Source: Elusimicrobiota bacterium (GTDB lineage Bacteria > Elusimicrobiota > Elusimicrobia > Elusimicrobiales > UBA9959). From it: a stretch of 64,000 nucleotides of DNA. Shown one piece after another: positions 1 through 9,268 of the stretch (within the stretch, counting starts at the first letter, position 1; every line of letters starts with the position of its first letter). The stretch is from NCBI GenBank assembly GCA_012517235.1, contig JAAYVI010000017.1:540-64539 (forward strand). Reading direction: 5' to 3'. The notes beneath the pieces were generated by a model. That model saw nothing but the letters and a program-made list of their open reading frames with translations. It was not told the DNA's origin and made no database searches. Made by a program: the position numbers and the translations under genes.

Positions 1-1421
1 TATACGTGGAAAGGCGCTATCGGCGCCGGCCATATTATTCCGTATTCGTCGTTATTCTGTTCTATCGCCGCGGCGACAGTTCTCGAAACGCCTATGCCGT
101 AACATCCCATTTCCATAGGTTTGTTTTTTTGTTCTTCGTCTAAAAACTCGCATTTTAAGGAAGACGAGTATTTGGTTCCCAATTTGAAAGTTTGGCCTAC
201 TTCTATGCCCTTTACGAATTCCAAAGGTTTTGAACATTTCGAGCAGAAATCGCCGGCGGAAGCGTTCTTTATATCCGCAAATAAGTCCGGTTCGTAATCT
301 CTTCCTAAATTTATATTAACGCTGTGATAATCGTCTTTATTTGCCCCGGACACTGCGTTAATTACGCCTTTGAGATAATAATCGGCTATTATTTTTATTT
401 TTCCTTTCATTCCTATCGGCCCGGCAAAACCTACTTTGCATCCGGAAGCAGACTCATAAGTCTTTTCGTCGGCTCTTTCCAAATTCTTGCATCCCAAAAC
501 GGAAATCAGTTTATTTTCGTTTATTTCATGATCTCCTCTTACTAGGGCAAGAACGGTATCGCCGTCGGCCGAATAGAATCCCGTTTTTATGAAATTAGAA
601 GGGGCGATATTTAAGAAGGAGGATACTTCTTCCACGCTCGTTTTACCGGGAGTATGAACGTCTTTTACGGGCAAAAATTTAGATTGATCTATTTCTGCTT
701 CAAAAGGTTTAACCTGCGCCTTTTCCACATTGGCGGCATAGCCGCAGGAGCAGACCGCTATATCGGCTTCGCCGGTATTGGCAAAAACCATAAACTCGTG
801 AGAATAATTTCCGCCTATGGCTCCCGTTGCCGCTTCGACGGGCTTAAATTTCAATCCGCAGCGTTTAAATATTTTTTCATAAGCTTTATAAACCTTATCG
901 TACCAGACAAGGCAATCTTTTTCGTCGGTATGGAAAGAGTAAGCGTCTTTCATGTAAAATTCTCTGGATCTCATTACTCCGAAACGAGGCCTGATCTCGT
1001 CTCTGAATTTTAATCCGAATTGATAAAGAAGTATGGGCAATTGTCTGTAAGAATTTATGTCTCTTCTTACCACATTGGTTATGACTTCTTCCGCTGTGGG
1101 GGCAAAACAAAATTCCGAATCTTTTCTGTCTTTTATTCTCAGAAGCTCTTTGCCGTAAACCTGCCATCTTCCAGTTTCCGTCCAAAGCTCTTTGGGCTGT
1201 ATTACCGGCAGCCATAATTCCTGAGCGCCTATGGCGTCCATTTCTTCTCTTATTATGTTTTCAACTTTCTTCAAAACCCTAAATCCCAAAGGCAGCCATT
1301 CGTAAATTCCGCTGGCAAGTTTCCTTATCATAGCCGCCCTGAACATAAGTTTTGCGGATATATTATCGGCGTCGGAAGGCGCCTGTCTCAAAGTGGGAAG
1401 AAAGTAATTGCTGAGTTTCAT
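1..1421 (-). CDS. proS: Prolyl-tRNA synthetase (bacterial type with INS editing domain), runs off the left edge
   Basis: Not in the ORF track because it has no stop in the window. Manual translation from ATG 1421 gives MKLSNYFLPTLRQAPSDA...FRDEIRPRFGVMRSREF...GIEVGQTFKLGTKYS...MGCYGIGVSRTVAAAIEQ...WPAPIAPFHV. SD GAGGA upstream. Confidence 0.97.
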   Translation of the reverse strand, partial: MKLSNYFLPTLRQAPSDADNISAKLMFRAAMIRKLASGIYEWLPLGFRVLKKVENIIREEMDAIGAQELWLPVIQPKELWTETGRWQVYGKELLRIKDRKDSEFCFAPTAEEVITNVVRRDINSYRQLPILLYQFGLKFRDEIRPRFGVMRSREFYMKDAYSFHTDEKDCLVWYDKVYKAYEKIFKRCGLKFKPVEAATGAIGGNYSHEFMVFANTGEADIAVCSCGYAANVEKAQVKPFEAEIDQSKFLPVKDVHTPGKTSVEEVSSFLNIAPSNFIKTGFYSADGDTVLALVRGDHEINENKLISVLGCKNLERADEKTYESASGCKVGFAGPIGMKGKIKIIADYYLKGVINAVSGANKDDYHSVNINLGRDYEPDLFADIKNASAGDFCSKCSKPLEFVKGIEVGQTFKLGTKYSSSLKCEFLDEEQKNKPMEMGCYGIGVSRTVAAAIEQNNDEYGIIWPAPIAPFHV

Positions 1422-1433
1422 AAATCGTCCTCT

Positions 1434-2516
1434 CTATTTGTTTCTTATTTTTCTTATTATCTCATTGGACCATTCTTTTTCGCCCAAAACTTTTATCTGT
1501 TTTCCTTTTTCTATCCAAACGCCTTTGCCTTTTCCGCCGCATATTCCGAAATCGGCCTCCCTGGCTTCGCCGGGACCGTTTACCACGCAGCCCATAACCG
1601 CTATTTTGAGTCCGCGGGCTTTATTGCGCAAAGACGGCTCGGAATATATTCTCTCTTCTATTTCGTGGACTGCTTTGGAAACGTCGGTCTGGCATCTGCC
1701 GCATGTCGGACAAGAAACTATATCAGGCCCGTATTGAGCCAATTTAAGAGCTTTAAGTATTTCGAAAGCGGTTCTCACTTGAACAGAAGGATTTTCGGTC
1801 AAGGAAACTCTTATCGTATCGCCTATGCCTTTAGACAGCAAAGTCCCTATGCCTATGGAAGATTTAACGACTCCGGAAACGAATGTCCCCGCTTCGGTGA
1901 CTCCCAAATGAAGGGGGATGTCGGTTTTCGAAGCGAAAATTTCATTTGCCAAAATCGTTCTTTCTATGTCGTCGGCTTTGAGAGAAACTATTATGTCTTT
2001 GAAATTAAATTCGTCGAGTATCTCCGCCTGTTCCATGGCTTCTTTGGCCATAATAGAAGCCCATTTATACGGACTCCATTTAGGCGAAGGATTTTTTTTC
2101 AAGGCTTTCAAGGAACCGGAATTTACGCCTATCCTTATGGGTATTCCTTTGTCTTTACATGCCAAAGCGACTTCTTTGACCTTATTTTTATCGCCTATAT
2201 TTCCCGGATTTATCCTTATCTTATCGGCGCCTCTCTTTACGCATTCCAAAGCCAGTCTCCAATCGAAATGTATGTCCGCGCAAAGAGGTATTGATATCGC
2301 TTTTTTTATCTTATCTATGCTTTCCGCGGCGGCCGTATCTGGAACAGCAACTCTTACTATCTGGCATCCGGCCTTTTCAAGTTCTCTTATTTGAGCGACC
2401 GTAGAAGCGATATCGGCGGTATCGGTATTTGTCATAGACTGCACGGAAACCGGATGAGAAGATCCTATTGCCACTTCGCCGACTTTTACCTGTCTGGTCT
2501 TTCTTCTCTTATTCAT
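1434..2516 (-). CDS. ispG: (E)-4-hydroxy-3-methylbut-2-enyl-diphosphate synthase
   Basis: VQSMTNTDT, ADIHFD, RINPGNIG, RIGVNSGS, SCPTCGRC and MGCVVNGPGEA motifs. Start placed at MNKRRK just after the rseP stop. Confidence 0.97.
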   Translation of the reverse strand: MNKRRKTRQVKVGEVAIGSSHPVSVQSMTNTDTADIASTVAQIRELEKAGCQIVRVAVPDTAAAESIDKIKKAISIPLCADIHFDWRLALECVKRGADKIRINPGNIGDKNKVKEVALACKDKGIPIRIGVNSGSLKALKKNPSPKWSPYKWASIMAKEAMEQAEILDEFNFKDIIVSLKADDIERTILANEIFASKTDIPLHLGVTEAGTFVSGVVKSSIGIGTLLSKGIGDTIRVSLTENPSVQVRTAFEILKALKLAQYGPDIVSCPTCGRCQTDVSKAVHEIEERIYSEPSLRNKARGLKIAVMGCVVNGPGEAREADFGICGGKGKGVWIEKGKQIKVLGEKEWSNEIIRKIRNK

Positions 2517-2517
2517 A

Positions 2518-3600
2518 TTATTTGCCTTCTTTGGAAACCGCTTCTGATTTGGGCTTGGCAAAATGAGCTTCGTAAATTCTCTTTATATCGTTATATGTGG
2601 CAAAAAGAAATATTCCCAAAAGCAAAGCTATTCCGGCGGAATTTACATATTTCATTATTTGAACGGTAAGTCTTTTTCTTGTAAGCCCTTCGAATATATA
2701 AAGTATGGAATGACCGCCGTCCAAAAGGGGGATGGGAAGAAGATTGAAAAATCCTACGGCTATGGAAATAAGTCCCAATAAGAAAAAGAAATCGGATGCT
2801 CCGCTTCTGGCCGCTTTGCTGACTATGGTAACTATTCCTATGGGTCCGGAAACGTCGGGTTTTTCCATTCTATAAATACTTTTTGCCAGACTTTCCACGG
2901 TAAAAGCCGTCCAATACCAGCATTGATGTGCCGACATCAAAACGGCTTTCCCGATACCGACCGGCACATATTCGGTAGCGGGAGCTATACCCACTATTCC
3001 CTTTGCCGAATCGGAAGGGGATTTGACGGGAGTTATTTTAACCGAAGATACTACGCCGCTTCTTTCGTATTCCAATGTGATTTCTTTTTGAGGGGAAGAA
3101 TGTATCAAAGAGCTCATTTGAGTCCATGTTTCCATTTTTACGCCGTTTATCGAAATAATTCTATCGTTTTCTTTAAGTCCGGCTTTGTCGGCGGGAAAAT
3201 CTTCGGCTATGCTTCCTATTACCGGCTTATCGGTTATTACCGGCCTTCCGACAAAAGATATTACGAAGAAAAAAACGACAAAGGCAAGAAGATAATTCAT
3301 GGCGGGGCCGGCCCAGACAACTGCCAATCTTATATACCACGGTTTTGAGAAGTATTCGTCCGATTCTCCTTTATGTTCCTCTATATCTTCTCCCTTGGGC
3401 TTGACATATCCGCCCAAAGGAACGGCTCTTAAAGAATATCTGGTTTCTTTTTTTGTAAATCCGAAAAGCTCTTTGCCGAAACCGAAAGAAAAGTTTTCTA
3501 CGGCTATGCCCGAAAGCTTGCAAACCAAGAAGTGTCCGAACTCGTGTATGAATATCACGACTCCGAAAGTAAAGATTACGGCTATTATGGACAATATCAT
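2518..3600 (-). CDS. rseP: RIP metalloprotease RseP (M50 family, one PDZ domain)
   Basis: HEFGH zinc motif, PLGGYV, AGPAMN, NLLPIPLLDGGH; conserved position after dxr. Confidence 0.96.
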   Translation of the reverse strand: MILSIIAVIFTFGVVIFIHEFGHFLVCKLSGIAVENFSFGFGKELFGFTKKETRYSLRAVPLGGYVKPKGEDIEEHKGESDEYFSKPWYIRLAVVWAGPAMNYLLAFVVFFFVISFVGRPVITDKPVIGSIAEDFPADKAGLKENDRIISINGVKMETWTQMSSLIHSSPQKEITLEYERSGVVSSVKITPVKSPSDSAKGIVGIAPATEYVPVGIGKAVLMSAHQCWYWTAFTVESLAKSIYRMEKPDVSGPIGIVTIVSKAARSGASDFFFLLGLISIAVGFFNLLPIPLLDGGHSILYIFEGLTRKRLTVQIMKYVNSAGIALLLGIFLFATYNDIKRIYEAHFAKPKSEAVSKEGK

Positions 3601-4820
3601 TTATCCTCCGAATATTTTTTTGAAAATATCTTTTTTGTTTTTAATCCCGATTTCATATTTGAAATAATCTCTCTCGCCTTTACTCTGCTCCATCCGTCTA
3701 TTTCCACCACGTCTTCAAATCCGTAACTTCCTTTGAAAGGCGAATTCAAAGACAAAGTTTTCTCTATAACCGGAGCTATTAAATCAAAAGTTATTTCTTC
3801 TCTTAGAAAAGCGGAAACGGCCTCCTCGTTTGAGGCGTTAAGAATAGGCAAAGATAGTCCGCCCGCTTTTTGAGCGTCTTTGGCGAGTTTTAAGCATTTG
3901 AATTTTTTAAAGTCGGGTTTATAAAATTCCAATTTTGTCAAATCAAAAAAATTTATTTCTTTAACCGGACATTTTATTCTTTCCGGATATGTCAAAGAAT
4001 ATTGTATCGGAAGTCGCATATCGGGATTTGACATTTGAGCTATTACCGAATTATCGTTAAATTCTACGGCCGAATGTATTATCGATTGCGGGTGTATGAG
4101 TATCTCTATTTTTTCATAGGGTAAAGAAAAAAGATTTTCTATTTCTATCGATTCCAGTCCCTTATTCATCAAAGTGGCCGAATCTACCGTTATTTTTTTA
4201 CCCATTTTCCAATTGGGGTGTTTAAGAGCTTGAGAAGGGGTTATTTTTGAAAAATCTCCTTGGTATCTGTAAAAAGCTCCGCCGGAAGCGGTCAAAAATA
4301 TTCTTTTGACTATGTCTTTAGGATTTTGATTTTCATAACCTTTAAGACATTGGAAAATAGCGGAAGGTTCGCTGTCTACGGGAATAATCTCGGCGCCTTT
4401 GGCTTTCGCTTCCGACATTAAAAGCTTTCCGGCCATAACCATAGGTTCTTTGTTGGCGAGAGCTATTTTTTTACCCGCGCGTATCGAAGATAATAGCGGT
4501 AAAAATCCTACGGCTCCGCTCAGAGAATTTAAAACGATATCCGCTTCCTTCAAAGATGCGGCCTCGCAGAGTCCTTCGTTGGACGGAGGCAAAAGTTTAA
4601 CTTTTTTGGGAAGATATTTCTTAAGTTCTTTGGCGTATTTCTCTTCGTAAACGCATACGTATTTGGGAGAAAATTTAATAATCTGAGAAAGCAGCTCTTT
4701 TATATTCGAATTAGCGGCCAAAGCCGATACTTCGGCATTTTTCATTTTGGATATTACGTCCAAAGCGTTTTTTCCTATCGAACCGGTAGAACCCAAAATT
4801 ACGAATTTTTTGTTTTTCAT
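3597..4820 (-). CDS. dxr: 1-deoxy-D-xylulose 5-phosphate reductoisomerase
   Basis: LGSTGSIG, LANKE, PVDSE, HPNWKMGKKITVDSATLMNKGLE. Confidence 0.97.
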   Translation of the reverse strand: MKNKKFVILGSTGSIGKNALDVISKMKNAEVSALAANSNIKELLSQIIKFSPKYVCVYEEKYAKELKKYLPKKVKLLPPSNEGLCEAASLKEADIVLNSLSGAVGFLPLLSSIRAGKKIALANKEPMVMAGKLLMSEAKAKGAEIIPVDSEPSAIFQCLKGYENQNPKDIVKRIFLTASGGAFYRYQGDFSKITPSQALKHPNWKMGKKITVDSATLMNKGLESIEIENLFSLPYEKIEILIHPQSIIHSAVEFNDNSVIAQMSNPDMRLPIQYSLTYPERIKCPVKEINFFDLTKLEFYKPDFKKFKCLKLAKDAQKAGGLSLPILNASNEEAVSAFLREEITFDLIAPVIEKTLSLNSPFKGSYGFEDVVEIDGWSRVKAREIISNMKSGLKTKKIFSKKYSEDK

Positions 4821-5620
4821 CTTGTTAAAACCAAGAAATAATAAGTCAAAGGGGCTATGAACAGATAAGAATCGAATCTATCCAGTACTCCTCCGTGACC
4901 GGGAAGAAGATTGGAAGAATCTTTTACCCCGGCGGCTCTTTTTATTAAAGATTCGGCCAAATCGGAATACTGACCGGCCAAACCTATAAGCATGGCCAAA
5001 AGAAAAGAGTAAAAAGCGGTCGCGGCGCTTATGTAAAAATGAAATATCCACATTGTTAAAGCGGCAAAAGCCAAGGCGGCGAAAAAGCCTTCGACCGTTT
5101 TTTTGGGACTTACCGAAGAAAGTTTGTTTTTGCCGAATTTCTTACCTATAAAATAAGCCGCGGTATCCATAACCCAAACGGTTATTATAATCGCAAAAGT
5201 CAAAATCCTTCCGTCCGGTCTTAAGTCCCTTATCAAAGGCAAATGCGCCAAACCGAAAGAAATAAGCATTATTCCGAAAGAAGTATAAGCGGGTCTTTCC
5301 AGGTAACGTTCTTTTGCGAATACTTCTCTAAGCAAAGGCAGTATAAAAGACAAAGAAATAAAAAGAGGCAAAAAAATACCTATGTTAAGAGGATAATAAT
5401 CTCCGTTGAAAAAAACCGCAAAAGGCAGAATAATTCCGCAAAAGAAGAGGGAAAAAGGATCTACCGGTTTAAGGCCTACCGACATAACCGTATAATATTC
5501 GTAAAGCGAAAATATTATTATTCCCAATATAAAAAAGAAAAACGGAATTCCTCCGACCCAAATAAATCCCGCTACCAAAGGTATTCCGAAAAGCGCGGTT
5601 ATGACTCTGGGTAAAAGCAT
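4817..5620 (-). CDS. cdsA: Phosphatidate cytidylyltransferase
   Basis: Polytopic membrane protein with DTAAYFIG, SPKKTVEG and KDSSNLLPGHGGVLDRFDS. Start at MLLPRV. Confidence 0.95.
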   Translation of the reverse strand: MLLPRVITALFGIPLVAGFIWVGGIPFFFFILGIIIFSLYEYYTVMSVGLKPVDPFSLFFCGIILPFAVFFNGDYYPLNIGIFLPLFISLSFILPLLREVFAKERYLERPAYTSFGIMLISFGLAHLPLIRDLRPDGRILTFAIIITVWVMDTAAYFIGKKFGKNKLSSVSPKKTVEGFFAALAFAALTMWIFHFYISAATAFYSFLLAMLIGLAGQYSDLAESLIKRAAGVKDSSNLLPGHGGVLDRFDSYLFIAPLTYYFLVLTR

Positions 5621-5621
5621 A

Positions 5622-6317
5622 TCAAGCTCCTTTTCTTCTCTCTCTCGCAGCATAATCGGCCAAAGCCGATTTCAAATCTTCGGCGTTGAAATCCGGCCAA
5701 AATTTATCCGAAAAATAAAACTCGCTGTAAGCCGACTGCCAAAGTAAAAAATTAGAAATTCTTTTTTCTCCCGAAGTCCTTATTATTAGATCGGGTTCCG
5801 GGAGGGGAAAAGTATAAAGATTTTTTTCCAATTCTTCTTGAGTTATTTTCTTAACGCCTTTCGCGCATATTTTATTGACGGCGTCCAATATTTCCTGGCG
5901 TCCGCCGTAGTTCAACGCTATGTTTAGAACCATAGATTTGCAGTTTTTAAGCTTATTTTCCGCTTGTAAAAGAGTATCTATTATATCCGGAGGCAATTCT
6001 TTTATTCGTCCGCTGAACTTAAGCGCTATGTCGTTTTCAAGAAGTTCTTTTTGATAAGAAGAAATGGCTTTTTTAAGCAAAAGCATCAAGGTTTTTACTT
6101 CGGAAACGGATCTCTTCCAATTCTCGCAGGAGAAAGCATAAAGAGTCAGAGCCTTTATGCCGGCCTGTTTGGCCGCCCTCGTTATTACTCTTACGGTATC
6201 CACTCCCTTTTTATGTCCGTAAGCGGCCGGCAGTCCTTTTTTTTTGGCCCAACGTCTATTACCGTCCATTATGACCGCGACATGCGCGGGAATATTATTG
6301 TCCGAATCGGAAGGCAT
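5622..6317 (-). CDS. uppS: Undecaprenyl diphosphate synthase
   Basis: HVAVIMDGNRRWA, FSCENWKR, NYGGRQE, IRTSGEKRISNFLLWQ. Confidence 0.97.
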   Translation of the reverse strand: MPSDSDNNIPAHVAVIMDGNRRWAKKKGLPAAYGHKKGVDTVRVITRAAKQAGIKALTLYAFSCENWKRSVSEVKTLMLLLKKAISSYQKELLENDIALKFSGRIKELPPDIIDTLLQAENKLKNCKSMVLNIALNYGGRQEILDAVNKICAKGVKKITQEELEKNLYTFPLPEPDLIIRTSGEKRISNFLLWQSAYSEFYFSDKFWPDFNAEDLKSALADYAARERRKGA

Positions 6318-6878
6318 TTATATGGTAAGAAGCTCCTTTTCTTTTTCTTGCGCTATATTATCTATGTCGGCTATATATTTATCGGTTTGCTTTTGAACCG
6401 TAAGTTCGTGCCTTTTGTAATCGTCTTCGGATATTTCGGAACTTTTTTGAGCTTTTTTTATTTTTTCCAAAGCGTCTCTTCTTACGTTCCTGACCGCCAC
6501 TCTGGCGTCTTCGGCCATTTTGGAAACCATTTTGACCATTTTTTTTCTTTGTTCTTCGTTCATGGAAGGAAGATTTATTCTTATTATATCTCCCTGTCTC
6601 GAAGGGCTGGTCCCCAAATCGGTTTTTTTCAATTCGGTTTCTATGGCGTCCAAAGCGCCTTTATCCCAAGGTCTTATTTCCATCGTTCTGGCCTCGGGTA
6701 TGGAAATGGCGGCTATCTGTTTAAGGGGAACTTTTGCTCCGTAGTATTCCACATAAACATTGTCGAGCAATTGAGGATTGGCCCTGCCGGTTCTAAGAGA
6801 AGTCAAATCTTTTTTAAATCTTTCCACTTTATCGGCCATTTCCATTTCGCTTTCTTCTATAAAATCGTTAACGCTCAT
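6318..6878 (-). CDS. frr: Ribosome recycling factor
   Basis: LRTGRANP, RVAVRNVRRD; SD GGGAGG before MSVNDF. Confidence 0.97.
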   Translation of the reverse strand: MSVNDFIEESEMEMADKVERFKKDLTSLRTGRANPQLLDNVYVEYYGAKVPLKQIAAISIPEARTMEIRPWDKGALDAIETELKKTDLGTSPSRQGDIIRINLPSMNEEQRKKMVKMVSKMAEDARVAVRNVRRDALEKIKKAQKSSEISEDDYKRHELTVQKQTDKYIADIDNIAQEKEKELLTI

Positions 6879-6912
6879 AAAACCTCCCAAAAAAACGTTT
6901 TAGTCATTTATA

Positions 6913-6941
6913 ATTATATAAATTAGAAACATAATAGACAA
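6913..6941 (-). promoter_or_regulatory. Putative sigma70 promoter for frr-uppS...
   Basis: Minus strand TTGTCT-N17-TATAAT, about 35 bp upstream of the frr start. Confidence 0.65.
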
Positions 6942-6987
6942 GCAAAGGAAATTAGATGTATTGATAAGCGGATATGCTGCAAAAAAA

Positions 6988-7028
6988 GATGTATGGACGT
7001 ATAGATGCGTAGAGGTATGGATGTATGG
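6988..7028. repeat. Degenerate tandem 8-mer array (5 units)
   Basis: Plus strand GATGTATG GACGTATA GATGCGTA GAGGTATG GATGTATG in the gmhA-frr gap. Confidence 0.8.
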
Positions 7029-7072
7029 CAAAAAAGATTTGGGAGAAATAATATTAAGAAAGCAGAAATTTT

Positions 7073-7627
7073 TTAAAAAGAATCTTCTATCAATTCGCAA
7101 AGTATATGAACAGCAAGAGAATGCATTTCTTGTATTCTCGCGGTAACTTTTTCGTCAAAAGACAAACAAATATCGGAATAAGAAGAAATTTTTCCGCCCG
7201 CGCCGGTCAACGAAAAAACCTTCATATTAATTTCTTTTGCCTTAGCGGCCGCTTTAAGAATATTTTTACTGTTTCCTGAAGTAGAAAAAGCTATCAGAAC
7301 GTCTCCTTCGCGGCCTAAAGCTTCGACTTGTCTGGAAAAAACGTCTTCAAAGGAATAATCGTTGGATATCGAAGTAATAGCCGAAGTATCGGTGGTAAGA
7401 GCCAAAGCGGCGAGACCTTTTCTTTCCTTTTGAAATCTTCCGGTAAGCTCGGCGGCGAAATGCTGGCAATCCGCCGCGCTTCCTCCGTTTCCGCAAAGAA
7501 GTATTTTTTTACCGTTTTTAAGCGCCGAAACTATCGTTAAAGAGGCTTCGGCGAGAATATCCGATTTCTTTTCAAATTTACAAAGAGCTTTTTTATGATC
7601 TTCTATTATTTGATTTATCTTTTTCAT
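7073..7627 (-). CDS. gmhA: Phosphoheptose (sedoheptulose-7-phosphate) isomerase, SIS family
   Basis: CGNGGSAADCQHFAAEL, FSRQVEAL, STSGNS, TARIQEMH. ATGA overlap with the pyrH stop. Confidence 0.88.
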   Translation of the reverse strand: MKKINQIIEDHKKALCKFEKKSDILAEASLTIVSALKNGKKILLCGNGGSAADCQHFAAELTGRFQKERKGLAALALTTDTSAITSISNDYSFEDVFSRQVEALGREGDVLIAFSTSGNSKNILKAAAKAKEINMKVFSLTGAGGKISSYSDICLSFDEKVTARIQEMHSLAVHILCELIEDSF

Positions 7628-8328
7628 TTTATCAAAGTACCTATGGATTTGCCTTTCAATGCCGCCGCTATATTTCCTTTTTTGTGAAGGTTTAGAACTC
7701 TTATGGGAATATTGTTTTCCATACATAAGGTCAAAGCGCTGGCATCCATAAATTTAAGTCCTTTTTTTATGGCTTCCATATAGGAAATTTCTTTTATAAG
7801 TTTTGCTTTGGAATCTTTTTTTGGATCCGCCGTATAAACTCCGTCGACTTGAGTGGCTTTTATTATAAGATCCGCGCCTATTTCGGCCGCCCTTAAAGAA
7901 GCGGCGGTATCTGTGGTAAAATAAGGATTTCCGGTGCCTCCGGCAAATATTACGACTCTTTTCTTCTCCAAATGTCTTATGGCTTTTCTTCTTATAAAAG
8001 GTTCAGCTATTCTCGATATTTCTATGGCGGTTTGAACTCTGGTAACTATGCCCAGATTTTCCAGAGCGGATTGAAGAGCCATTGCGTTAATTACGGTGGC
8101 AAGCATCCCCATATTATCGGATGTTACTCTGTCTATTTTTCCATGCCCGTCTTTGGCTCCTCTCCAGATATTTCCTCCGCCTATCACCAAAGCCAACTGT
8201 ATTTTAGGATCATAAGCGCTCTTTATTTCGGAAGCTATAAAATTAAGAGCCTGGGGAGTTATGGATTTTTTTTCTTCGGAAAGCATAGACAGCGCTTCGC
8301 CGGACAGTTTAAGAAGAACTCTTTTCAT
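7624..8328 (-). CDS. pyrH: UMP kinase
   Basis: LLKLSGEAL, GGGNIWRG, GTGNPYFTTD. Confidence 0.98.
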   Translation of the reverse strand: MKRVLLKLSGEALSMLSEEKKSITPQALNFIASEIKSAYDPKIQLALVIGGGNIWRGAKDGHGKIDRVTSDNMGMLATVINAMALQSALENLGIVTRVQTAIEISRIAEPFIRRKAIRHLEKKRVVIFAGGTGNPYFTTDTAASLRAAEIGADLIIKATQVDGVYTADPKKDSKAKLIKEISYMEAIKKGLKFMDASALTLCMENNIPIRVLNLHKKGNIAAALKGKSIGTLIK

Positions 8329-8346
8329 ATCGCCTCCGTTTAAAGT

Positions 8347-8388
8347 AAAAAAGAAAAAACCGCCCTTCTTTTAAAAAGAAGAGCGGTT
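8347..8388 (-). terminator. Intrinsic terminator after tsf
   Basis: Minus-strand stem AACCGCTCTTCTT / AAGAAGGGCGGTT followed by TTTTCTTTTTT. Confidence 0.8.
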
Positions 8389-8407
8389 CGTTTTAATTTC
8401 ATCAATT

Positions 8408-9259
8408 TTATTCTACGCCCACCATATAGCAGACGAATCTCTTTATGGAAAGAGAGCCGCCGAATTCCTGAGCCTTGACTTTTATGAGATCGGCTATCTT
8501 AACTTTCTGGTCTCTTATAAAAGCCTGTTCGTTAAGACAGCTTTCTTCGTAAAATTTCTTTATTCTGCCTTCGAGCATCTTGGACAAAGCTACTTCGCTT
8601 TTGCCTTGAGCTTGAGGAGTGGCTTTATAAATCTCTTTTTCCTTTTCTATTACTTCGGCCGGAACGTCTTCTTTGTTAAGCCATTTGGGAGCCATGGCTA
8701 CGCATTGCATGGCCAAATCTTTTGCCAGAGAAAGAACGGCCTCTTTCTTGGACGAATCTCCGGAAAAAGAAAGTTCAACCAAAGCGGCTTTTTTAAAATC
8801 GGTATGAACATAAGATCCCAAGACGGAATCCGAAGAAATATTTAATACGGTTCCTCGTCTTATTATCATATTTTCGCCGGTTTTCATAGCCAGGTTTTGA
8901 AGCTTTTCCTTGGCCGATTCGCTTTCTGCGGGATTAGCCAAAGAAGCGTCGGTGAGCATGGAAGAAACCAAATCCTGAGCGAACTTTTTAACGTCGGGAT
9001 TCTTGGCGACAAAATCGGTTTCGCAGTTTATCTCCGCTATGGCGCATTTATCGGCGGAAAATTTAATTTCGACAAGGCCTTCTTTCATGGTTCTTCCGGC
9101 TCTTTTAGCCAAACCGGCTATTCCTTTCTTTCTGAGTATTTCTACGGCTTTGGCCATATCGCCTTCCGCTTCCTTTAAAGCGGCTTTACAGTCCATTATT
9201 CCGGCTCCTGTCTGATTTCTTAAAGACATCACTTGTTCGGTGCTTATCGCTGAAGACAT
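8408..9259 (-). CDS. tsf: Elongation factor Ts
   Basis: LRNQTGAGIMDCKAAL, EINCETDFVA. Confidence 0.98.
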   Translation of the reverse strand: MSSAISTEQVMSLRNQTGAGIMDCKAALKEAEGDMAKAVEILRKKGIAGLAKRAGRTMKEGLVEIKFSADKCAIAEINCETDFVAKNPDVKKFAQDLVSSMLTDASLANPAESESAKEKLQNLAMKTGENMIIRRGTVLNISSDSVLGSYVHTDFKKAALVELSFSGDSSKKEAVLSLAKDLAMQCVAMAPKWLNKEDVPAEVIEKEKEIYKATPQAQGKSEVALSKMLEGRIKKFYEESCLNEQAFIRDQKVKIADLIKVKAQEFGGSLSIKRFVCYMVGVE

Positions 9260-9268
9260 AAATTCTCC

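Noticed and set aside
52-1217. Several short ORFs in the track, suggesting a fragmented gene or pseudogene
   Set aside because: They are shadows of a single uninterrupted proS frame running from 1421 off the left edge. The T7 run at 124-130 keeps the frame.
6051-6926. 291-aa plus-strand ORF
   Set aside because: Antisense to uppS and frr, with no motif or SD; a shadow ORF.
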